Source of the DNA: Candidatus Thorarchaeota archaeon
GTDB taxonomy: Archaea; Asgardarchaeota; Thorarchaeia; Thorarchaeales; Thorarchaeaceae
NCBI GenBank assembly: GCA_016839605.1
Contig: JAEOTX010000188.1
Span: 1 to 22,105, forward strand
Length of the DNA: 22,105 nt
Direction: 5' to 3'
Shown: positions 8,486 through 15,980 of the stretch, piece by piece
Layout of the letters: every line of letters starts with the position of its first letter
Position numbering within the stretch: the stretch's first letter is position 1
The notes under the pieces: generated by a model
Databases searched by the model: none
What the model was told of the DNA's origin: nothing
The model's input: the letters and a program-made list of their open reading frames with translations, nothing else
Made by a program: the position numbers and the translations under genes

Positions 8486-9865
8486 ATGATTCCAATCATC
8501 GAGATTGCAAAGAGGGCGCTTGATGGCAAACCTCTCATAGAGAAGGAGTATGATATGAGAGTCTTCTCGCCGAGGGTTCGCGAGCTGGTTAAGGAATACG
8601 GCATCAGCTACGATCCTGAGGTGCTTGTTCCATCCGATGATGGTCTTGCAGACGCTGTGTTCAAAGCGGCGTTTGATCTCATCTGTGATGTGGGAGTATA
8701 TTGTAAGGACACTGAGCGAATCATTGCTTTTGAGGAAAAGGAAGTCCGTAACGAACTCAAGACCTCTTATGATCATGCAGTTCTTGGTGAAGGTATGGAG
8801 CAGAGGGCTCTTCTTCCCAGGAAACCGGACTCAAAGGAAAAGCCCTGGATATTTGCCGGAGCGGGCGGTGTTACAGTCTCAGATGAGAGCATCTTCATGC
8901 GTTTGGTGGAGAACTATGCGAAGAGGATTCCAATTGCTAATGCCATAACAACTCCTTGTCTACTCTCAGTTGATGGTGCCACGATTCGAGCACGGTCGCC
9001 CCTCGAGATAGAGGGTTCAATCAGGACTGTTGTTCTGGGAAGAGAGGCCCTTAGAAGAGCGGGGAGGCCTGGACTGCCGATTATGAATGCAATAGGTACA
9101 GCTGAATCAGCAATTGCACTGGCCTCAGGTCTTCATCCAGACTTCGGACTACGAAAGACGGATGGTTATATGATAGCTGAATTGGCTGAGCTCAAGACTG
9201 ACCTTGACCTCCTTAACAGAGCCGCGTTACTACAGTCGTTGAATGTGCCTATAGCTGGCATCTATGGTCCAATCTATGGAGGATTTGCCGGTGGAGCTGA
9301 GGGCACTGCAGTCACAAGTGCAGCATTTCACATTCAAGGAATCCTGACTTATGGTGCATCCTGGACACTTTGTTTCCCCATTCATATCAAGTATACATCC
9401 AGCTCATCACCGGAATTGATCTGGCTAGCTAGCCTCTATGCTCAGGCTGTAAGTAGGAATACCAAGGTGCCTGCGCTCTATTACAACTACACTGCTGCAG
9501 GACCTTGTACAGAAATGGTCTTGCAGGAATTCGCATCAGAGTTCATTGCAGCAATCTCTTCGGGAGCCTCAATAGAAACGGGGGGTGTCGCTAAAGGCAA
9601 GTACTTCGACTATCTGTCACCTATTGAGCCGATGTTTGCCGCAGAGGTAGCGTACGCGAGTGCGGGTGTGAAGAGAGCGGATGCTAATGAGATTGTGAAG
9701 CAGATTGTTCCGAAGTTCATTGACAAAGTCCCAGATCCCCCAAGAGGGAAGCGCTTCCAGGATTCCTGTGATCCTGTGACTGGTGAACCGTCAAAGGAAT
9801 GCTTCGAGATATATGACAAGGTGAAGAAGGAAGTTACTGATCTGGGTATTGAATTCCTGTATTGA
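8486..9865 (+). CDS. mtmB: Monomethylamine methyltransferase MtmB-family homologue lacking pyrrolysine, 459 aa
   Basis: MtmB hallmarks: GVYCKDTERII, SPLE, AGRPG, ELKTD, PIYGGFAGG, PIHIK, AGPCTEM, AKG, PRGKRFQ, DLG at the C-terminus. Uninterrupted ORF with no in-frame TAG. SD GGAGG at 8471-8475 lies inside the end of mtmC. Confidence 0.9.
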   Translation: MIPIIEIAKRALDGKPLIEKEYDMRVFSPRVRELVKEYGISYDPEVLVPSDDGLADAVFKAAFDLICDVGVYCKDTERIIAFEEKEVRNELKTSYDHAVLGEGMEQRALLPRKPDSKEKPWIFAGAGGVTVSDESIFMRLVENYAKRIPIANAITTPCLLSVDGATIRARSPLEIEGSIRTVVLGREALRRAGRPGLPIMNAIGTAESAIALASGLHPDFGLRKTDGYMIAELAELKTDLDLLNRAALLQSLNVPIAGIYGPIYGGFAGGAEGTAVTSAAFHIQGILTYGASWTLCFPIHIKYTSSSSPELIWLASLYAQAVSRNTKVPALYYNYTAAGPCTEMVLQEFASEFIAAISSGASIETGGVAKGKYFDYLSPIEPMFAAEVAYASAGVKRADANEIVKQIVPKFIDKVPDPPRGKRFQDSCDPVTGEPSKECFEIYDKVKKEVTDLGIEFLY

Positions 9866-9870
9866 TGCAG

Positions 9871-11013
9871 TCATCCTAAGCGGTACTTCCTGCCAACCTC
9901 TGGTTTCTCGCCGAAGTAGAGGACTGCAGTGGAAACACCCTCCTCGCGTGCAAACTCGTCCACACCGTCGAAACGCAGAAGCGCAAGTAGAAGCTTGAGT
10001 CCAAGATCTTTCATGAAGGATGTTCGTGATCTGAGTTGCACTCGGGTTAGTTCATTCTCACTGCGTACATCACACCGCTCTAGAAGGCCAAGAGAAGTCA
10101 CACCCAATGCAGCGCGTTTCACGTGGTCGACTATACTGGTTGGAGTCTCAGATCCGTGTGGGTCAATCTGTTCTATGTAATCACGTATACTGACCACTGT
10201 TCTCTCATCTAAGGCGTCCTTGATTGTATTGTTCGTCAACCATTCCAGAAGTGATGGATTCAAAGTGACAGTCCCGCTCTGTCCGGCTTGCATCAGCATT
10301 AGCTCTCTCCGTTCTCGCCAGAGACTGAGAACCCGTCGGTCACGTTCTTCCTTGATATTTTCGAAGAGCAGGGGGTCAACCCACATTACGCTGATCTTGT
10401 TCTCAGCAACAACTTCTGCATCTACTGAGTATCCCGCTTCATCCCATTCAGCTATGAGCATCATCAAGAGTATCTCTGGCTGTTCACGCATGAGCTTGGC
10501 TGTTGCTAAGATCGTCTTCCTTTCTGGATGGACCTCAACTGACCCAAAAATGCCCATTCTCCCTAAGAGCGCTACATTACTTGCAAATGAATCAAAGGTG
10601 TTCTCCCACATGTCCTGAGGGATTGTCCCAAGCCCACGAAGTAGCTTCGTCTGCTGATGTCCTATCTTTCGCAGCCGTGCAATAAGTTCCGATGCTCCCT
10701 GACCTGAGCACCCCAACTGGGCAAGAACGGACAGAACCTGGGAACTCACAAGACCCATATCAGCGGAGTCAATGAGCGATCTCCGAAGATTCGACACCTC
10801 CATAGCGTCACAATCATCGCAGCTGGGAATATCCTTTCGAGTGCTGTAGAACCTGACAGCTTCTTCTAGTGCATCATTGATGCGTCCCGATTCACCAGCT
10901 AACTCCTTCAAGAGTTGGCGTGTGCGCGCAGAGATGGTTGTATGTAGATGCACCCGAGCTGCAGTGGACCTATGCTTCTCATTGAGCGCATCCTTTTTTT
11001 GCTCTTCAGCCAT
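9871..11013 (-). CDS. Putative transcriptional regulator: N-terminal ribbon-helix-helix, CxxC, two tandem V4R/HNOB-like domains (380 aa)
   Basis: SD GGTGA upstream of ATG 11013 (MAEEQKK). RHH-like segment VHLHTTISARTRQLLKELAGESGRINDALEEAVRFY, then CDDC, then two similar ~130-aa units. Domain calls are by eye. Confidence 0.6.
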   Translation of the reverse strand: MAEEQKKDALNEKHRSTAARVHLHTTISARTRQLLKELAGESGRINDALEEAVRFYSTRKDIPSCDDCDAMEVSNLRRSLIDSADMGLVSSQVLSVLAQLGCSGQGASELIARLRKIGHQQTKLLRGLGTIPQDMWENTFDSFASNVALLGRMGIFGSVEVHPERKTILATAKLMREQPEILLMMLIAEWDEAGYSVDAEVVAENKISVMWVDPLLFENIKEERDRRVLSLWRERRELMLMQAGQSGTVTLNPSLLEWLTNNTIKDALDERTVVSIRDYIEQIDPHGSETPTSIVDHVKRAALGVTSLGLLERCDVRSENELTRVQLRSRTSFMKDLGLKLLLALLRFDGVDEFAREEGVSTAVLYFGEKPEVGRKYRLG

Positions 11014-11071
11014 GAACATCACCAAGAGGAGCATGTTCACAATAATGTTGTAGACAAGTCTGCGTGAACAT
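11013..11071. promoter_or_regulatory. Phased TGWWCA boxes in the divergent regulator/deacylase intergenic region
   Basis: TGAACA 11013 (overlaps the regulator start codon), TGTTCA 11034, TGAACA 11065 (spacings 21, 31). ATGTTCAC 11033-11040 and GTGAACAT 11064-11071 form a perfect 8-bp inverted repeat. Confidence 0.65.
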
Positions 11072-11181
11072 AAGGTCTCCGAATCAGAATACACAGACAC
11101 TTCAGAACCGGAACGATGCTATAGCAGGGTTAATCAAGGGGAGAGGCCTGAGAGATGTTTCTAGGAGGCTTCCGTTAGAAG

Positions 11182-12471
11182 ATGACCACTGGACAGATAG
11201 AATCAGTCTTGAAATGGATCAGTACGCATCAAGAGCACCTTGTAAGACTGACCCAAGACCTTGTGCAAATTCCTAGTATTTCAGGAGAGGAATATGCAGT
11301 ACAGAAACGAGTCCACAAAGAGCTTGAACAAATGGAACTTAGTCCTCAAATGTTCAATCCTGATGACAAAAAACTCCGAAAGCATAATGACTTCTTTGAA
11401 ACCACATCTTTCACAAAGTATGGATATGAGAACAGACCGAATGTCGGAGGCGTTCTGGAAGGATCAGGAGGAGGTCGCTCCATCTGTTTGAGTGGTCACA
11501 TCGATGTTGTGTCACCAGAGCCCTTGGACAAATGGACTCGCAGTCCATGGTCAGGAGATGTAGTTGATGGCAACATCCATGGACGTGGAGCCGGAGATAT
11601 GAAGGCAGGAGTAGCTGCCATGATCTTGGCCGTGCAGGCACTTCAAGAGAATGGCATCAATCTAAAGGGGGATGTACAGGTCGAAACCACCATCGAAGAG
11701 GAGGATGGGGGAATCGGCGGAGTCTTCTATATGCGAACGGTTCGTCCCAAGACTGATGCTGCTTTTGTTCCAGAGCCAGGTAATCTTGCTATCAGTGTAG
11801 CGAGTGCTGGCGTCATGTACTTCAGAGTGACTGTGCGAGGCGTCCCTGCACACGCCGCCACTGCGCATTTTGGTGTGAATGCAGTTCAAAAGATGATGCC
11901 AGTCATAGATGCGATTCAGAGTCTCCATGAAGCGCGACAGGCTAGAATCAGTTACAGCTATGCAGAATCAGACCCAAGAATGAAGGGAAGGGCTACGACA
12001 ATTAACATCGGTGTCATCAAGGCAGGCGACTGGCCATCCACAGTTCCCGCTGAATGCACAGTTGAGTGTAGAATTGGATTTCCGCCAGGCGAAACAAGGG
12101 AAGAAGTGATGAAACAAGTAGAGGATGCTGTACAAGAAGCTAGTAAGAGAGATGACTGGCTAAAGACGAACCCACCTGTCGTAGATTGGTTTGGCTGGAA
12201 AGCACGACCACATGAGTTGGATCCAACCAATGACTTCGTACAACTAGTTAGGCAAAATGTCATTGATGTGGCTGGCAGAGAGCCAGCTTTCATGGGAGGT
12301 TCAGCTGGTCTGGACACGAGGTTCTTTGTACATCATGGAATTCCTGCTCTGACCTGTGGACCCTATGCCGAGAGAATCCACTCCTTTGATGAAATCGTGA
12401 GTATTGAGTCAGTTGTGCAGACATCTCAAGTCATTGCAAAGACAATGCTCGAATGGTGCGGCACTCAATAA
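11182..12471 (+). CDS. ArgE/DapE-family (peptidase M20A) metal-dependent deacylase
   Basis: IPSISGEE, LSGHIDVV, GRGAGDMKAG, IEEEDGG, VPEP, AHAA...GVNA, INIGVIKAGDWPSTVP, IHSFDE; SD AGGAGG upstream. Confidence 0.92.
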   Translation: MTTGQIESVLKWISTHQEHLVRLTQDLVQIPSISGEEYAVQKRVHKELEQMELSPQMFNPDDKKLRKHNDFFETTSFTKYGYENRPNVGGVLEGSGGGRSICLSGHIDVVSPEPLDKWTRSPWSGDVVDGNIHGRGAGDMKAGVAAMILAVQALQENGINLKGDVQVETTIEEEDGGIGGVFYMRTVRPKTDAAFVPEPGNLAISVASAGVMYFRVTVRGVPAHAATAHFGVNAVQKMMPVIDAIQSLHEARQARISYSYAESDPRMKGRATTINIGVIKAGDWPSTVPAECTVECRIGFPPGETREEVMKQVEDAVQEASKRDDWLKTNPPVVDWFGWKARPHELDPTNDFVQLVRQNVIDVAGREPAFMGGSAGLDTRFFVHHGIPALTCGPYAERIHSFDEIVSIESVVQTSQVIAKTMLEWCGTQ

Positions 12472-12478
12472 CTAAAGC

Positions 12479-13246
12479 CTAAAGGAGAACCACTGCGAGT
12501 ATCCCTGTGAGAAACACTCCATCCCAGGTCCCTGCTCCGCCAATGGAAGCAGCATCAGTCTTTAGTTGAGACAACTTCCCAAGATTCAGAAAGTCGGCAC
12601 CAATTATGGTTCCCAGTGTTCCAGAGATGTAGGCGATTGCATACAGATTGATGATTCCAGGAAATATCATTCCAACAGCAAGAGTTGCTAAGACCGCTGC
12701 AAGCGGAGGCAAAAGCGCTGGAGTGACAATCCCCATGTTAGGCTCAATCCTTGCAATTCGGTGAACAGCAATTGTCACTGCTGTGATAGCAAACAGGATC
12801 GGGATTATGGACAGAAGGTTCAGAAGGATAAGATACCCGCTCACTATGACAGGTATCACAGCTCCACCGAGATTTATACTAATCTTGGTTTCGCGAGGTG
12901 TCGTAGGCTGAAACACCTGAAAGCTGAATCCCCAGTCAGACAGGTAGGGTGCCTCAACCAGGGGAGAAGACTCCGCCTGAATTGTGTACAGTGGAATATT
13001 CACTAGACTCCCCATAAGAGACCCAGGAACTATCAAGATAGCTAGCCATATCGGTATGCCGATCTGTATGAAGGCAACTCCTGCTGCCTGGATGAGAAAT
13101 AGACTCATCATGGCAAACATAAGGACTGCCAATGGTGAGGTAGGCCGTCTCTCTAATCGCCTCCTCCTAGGATTCAGTTCTCTATTCGGTTCTTCATCGA
13201 AAACGATTGGAACATTCTCATCATCGCTTTCTGAAGATAAATGCAA
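12479..13246 (-). CDS. DUF1614-family membrane protein
   Basis: GSLVNIP, INLGGAVIP, AYISGTLGTIIGADFLNL, ASIGGAGTWDGVFLTGILAV; multiple TM helices. Start codon uncertain. Confidence 0.82.
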   Translation of the reverse strand: MHLSSESDDENVPIVFDEEPNRELNPRRRRLERRPTSPLAVLMFAMMSLFLIQAAGVAFIQIGIPIWLAILIVPGSLMGSLVNIPLYTIQAESSPLVEAPYLSDWGFSFQVFQPTTPRETKISINLGGAVIPVIVSGYLILLNLLSIIPILFAITAVTIAVHRIARIEPNMGIVTPALLPPLAAVLATLAVGMIFPGIINLYAIAYISGTLGTIIGADFLNLGKLSQLKTDAASIGGAGTWDGVFLTGILAVVLL

Positions 13247-13283
13247 TGACCAACCTGGATTTCTGGATTTAGTCCGGTTTCGA

Positions 13284-13451
13284 TCACTCAGCGGCAGATT
13301 CCGCCTCCCACTTGTTTACTGGATTACCTGGATGAGCCATCTTGTGAACAAATAGGTCACACCCACATGTTTTGCATGAGGCTTCTCTCTCTTCATGGTC
13401 GGACCTTTCGTGGTCACACATACATTGCTCCAAAGCTCTCAAATCTATCAT
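13284..13451 (-). CDS. Small Cys/His-rich zinc-finger microprotein (55 aa)
   Basis: SD GAGGTA upstream of ATG 13451. Motif C-x-C-x-H-x4-H-x6-C-x2-C-x-C-x2-F (CMCDHERSDHEEREASCKTCGCDLF). Fills an otherwise empty gap, co-oriented with the DUF1614 gene. Confidence 0.7.
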   Translation of the reverse strand: MIDLRALEQCMCDHERSDHEEREASCKTCGCDLFVHKMAHPGNPVNKWEAESAAE

Positions 13452-13591
13452 TTCTTTACCTCTCATTTGGACATTGACCGTTTCTCATTTACACTAATTA
13501 ACGTTGGTCAAGAGGCAGGAAACAGGCTCCCTCGTGCTTAAATCCCAAATCCCATCTAGACTAAGGTAGGTGCATTATCACGATTGATATC

Positions 13592-14179
13592 TTGAACTTC
13601 TTAGTATTGTGTCTCATGATTGCCCTCTCCAGTGTGTATTACATCAAGAGCGTAAGTCCTGCAGCTTTGGAGCAGCAAATAGGAGAAAGTGCATACGAGA
13701 AGAGTGCAAGAAACAGGAAAGTAGCAACTGCCGCATATTATCTCATGTTTCTGAACTATGTCATCTACTACTTCTATCCGCTGTCCACACCATTACCCGA
13801 CTTCTTTCCATGGGAGTATTGGATTACCGCGGTAATAGCTACAGGGATATTCCTTCCAAGTATGTACCTCATGTATATTGGAGCAAGAGATGCGGGAGAA
13901 GAAACACTGACACCTAAGAAAGAGCATACTCTGTACGGTGGAATATATGAGAAGATTCGACATCCTCAGGCTCTAGGAGAGGTATGGTTGGGATTAGTGA
14001 TTGCACTATATCTCAACTCACCTCTGCTGGCGGCTCTCTCCTTGGTCTTCTTCCCTACATTCTATTACTTTAGCTTGGTCGAGGAGAAAGACCTTGTGAT
14101 ACGATACGGTCAGGACTACACTGAGTACAGAAAAAGAACAGGCATGTTCATTCCAAAAAGGAAACCCAAAGACGAGTAA
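13592..14179 (+). CDS. Isoprenylcysteine carboxyl methyltransferase (ICMT/Ste14/PEMT)-family membrane methyltransferase
   Basis: Several TM helices; GIYEKIRHPQALG; EEKDLVIRYGQDYTEYRKRTGMFIP. Confidence 0.85.
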   Translation: MNFLVLCLMIALSSVYYIKSVSPAALEQQIGESAYEKSARNRKVATAAYYLMFLNYVIYYFYPLSTPLPDFFPWEYWITAVIATGIFLPSMYLMYIGARDAGEETLTPKKEHTLYGGIYEKIRHPQALGEVWLGLVIALYLNSPLLAALSLVFFPTFYYFSLVEEKDLVIRYGQDYTEYRKRTGMFIPKRKPKDE

Positions 14180-14217
14180 TCAATGCAGAGAAGAAAAACG
14201 TTGGTCTGTATCGAGGG

Positions 14218-14805
14218 ATGCTTATGCCGATTTTAAGCAAGGGAAAACCAGAAGCTGGACTGCCAGTCTGGCGACTGAACCGAGTTCTAGCTATTCTCCA
14301 AACTAGAATAGAAACCCTATCCAGGGAAGGGAATCGAGAAACTCCAATCGTATGGAGTACGGCACACATGTATACGACTACTCAATTGGCTAAGATTGTG
14401 GCCATACAGCGGAGTCTTGATCCTGAGCTTGCTGGTTTGGTCTGTGCATTTCATGATGTCCACACACTCCACACTGGCAAGTATCAAGACCATGGACCCA
14501 AGGCCTTAGGATACATACTGGAGATAGTTAAAGAATACAACGATAAATGGAGCGACCAGCTAGGTGATATTTCCGAGGCAGAGGTCGAAATCATCTATCA
14601 AGCGATCAAGGGGCACAGTGACAAAAACGTTGTAACAGAACTCCCTTACGAAGAATTGCTAAAAGATGTTGATAGCTTGGATGCATTTTTGCATGGCTTC
14701 GAACCTCAAGAAAAATCTGCTAGAGAAGAACGTACAATCAGACTGCTTGACGAGTTCAATATTGATGACCAACTCTCAGCACTGAAACGTGAGGTTCCGG
14801 AATAA
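14218..14805 (+). CDS. HD-domain metal-dependent phosphohydrolase
   Basis: H...(ELAGLVCAF)HD...HG...H...LKDVDSLD pattern of the HD superfamily. Confidence 0.8.
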   Translation: MLMPILSKGKPEAGLPVWRLNRVLAILQTRIETLSREGNRETPIVWSTAHMYTTTQLAKIVAIQRSLDPELAGLVCAFHDVHTLHTGKYQDHGPKALGYILEIVKEYNDKWSDQLGDISEAEVEIIYQAIKGHSDKNVVTELPYEELLKDVDSLDAFLHGFEPQEKSAREERTIRLLDEFNIDDQLSALKREVPE

Positions 14806-14869
14806 GGAACTCGGTCCCGTTGAGCGATTGTCTTTAAACCAATGGCACAAGATAGTCTGGTGATGAAAC

Positions 14870-15391
14870 ATGACAGAGATTCCAATCCCTATGGCGAATA
14901 TATCTGATGTAATGTTGGACATGTTTATTCACGAGAGTAAACAAGCACGAGTTGTTCTCGAATGCGCTAGGAATACAGACCTTGATTTCACACCCAAAGA
15001 AGGAATGAGACCGCTAAAGGCACTTGCTAATCATCTCGCTCAGATTCCTTCCATGGATCCCTTCATGTATAGAGGGGTGATTGGAAATATCGAGCAGGCT
15101 CAAGCAAGAGAGAAAGAGCTTTGGCGTGATGATATTGACAGTATCATTTCATTATTTGATAAGGGCATAGAATCAGTCAAGGGGCAGTTTGAAGGTATGT
15201 CTGACGAAGAATTCCTTGCAGCAAATCTACAGCCTTTCTATGAACGGAAAGAGAAGAAAAGCTGGGCATATTATTTTGCAGAGTTTACTACCCACGTTTC
15301 TATGCACAAGATGCAGCTTTGGATGTATCTGAAGCTAGCTGGGGTAGATGTCAACATGATGACATACTATGGTGTGCCAAGTGAATCCTGA
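14870..15391 (+). CDS. DinB/YfiT-like four-helix-bundle protein
   Basis: LDFTPKEGMRPLKALANHLAQIP and HVSMHKMQLWMYLKLAG (three His ligands). SD GGTGA and a TTTAAA TATA-like box (14833-14838) upstream. Confidence 0.82.
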   Translation: MTEIPIPMANISDVMLDMFIHESKQARVVLECARNTDLDFTPKEGMRPLKALANHLAQIPSMDPFMYRGVIGNIEQAQAREKELWRDDIDSIISLFDKGIESVKGQFEGMSDEEFLAANLQPFYERKEKKSWAYYFAEFTTHVSMHKMQLWMYLKLAGVDVNMMTYYGVPSES

Positions 15392-15398
15392 TACTCCT

Positions 15399-15956
15399 CT
15401 ATTCAATGTCATAATCCAAGGAGAATGCATTCTCGATCCAACTCATGACGTCATCATGATCTCGTGAGTTCGGTTGAGCATCCTGATTGGGATCGCTATT
15501 TCGTAGTTCCTCCATCTTTGCTGAGAGGTCATTTGTCGCCATGATGTCGCCATCTTGGATTTGCAGTTCCAATACGGTTCGATAGGCCATTGGTCTTTGA
15601 TATCCCATATGCACATACATGCTTTCGATGAAGTTTTTCCCAAGAAGCATCGAGCCCGAGAACTTAGTCTTCAAGCTGAGATTCTCGTACCTATGACTGA
15701 AGAAGTGGCCACCTTCATCCAGGGGATCGATTCTGTTCACGGGGAGAGCCTCTTCAGTTCTCACACTCATTCCATCGAGAATGAGTTGGCCATCAACACA
15801 GTCGTATCGCATGACATAGCCACGATAGCATGCAGTACTCGCCATTATAGGGGTGATTCCGAAATCCTGTGGCGCATAGAGTGGAGACCCCTTTAGGCCA
15901 ATGAGTGAGAAGAGCTCACCCATGTACCGGAATTCATCAGGAATCTGAGCGGTCAT
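15399..15956 (-). CDS. Conserved hypothetical protein (MTAQxxD...STACYRGY type)
   Basis: Long ORF directly downstream of the aminotransferase fusion. The MTAQIPDEFRY start at ATG 15956 and STACYRGY/YVHMGY motifs look like a conserved uncharacterised family. Confidence 0.7.
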   Translation of the reverse strand: MTAQIPDEFRYMGELFSLIGLKGSPLYAPQDFGITPIMASTACYRGYVMRYDCVDGQLILDGMSVRTEEALPVNRIDPLDEGGHFFSHRYENLSLKTKFSGSMLLGKNFIESMYVHMGYQRPMAYRTVLELQIQDGDIMATNDLSAKMEELRNSDPNQDAQPNSRDHDDVMSWIENAFSLDYDIE

Positions 15957-15980
15957 TAGAACTATCAACTCAAACTAGAT

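Noticed and set aside
9093-9095. TAG close to the expected pyrrolysine position of mtmB
   Set aside because: It is out of frame (spans ATA GGT), and the ORF is intact with MtmB motifs on both sides, so there is no sign of a frameshift.
7834-9865. Evidence for methanogenesis
   Set aside because: MtmBC-like pairs also occur in non-methanogens, and no mcr, mtbA, ramA or pyl genes are in the window.
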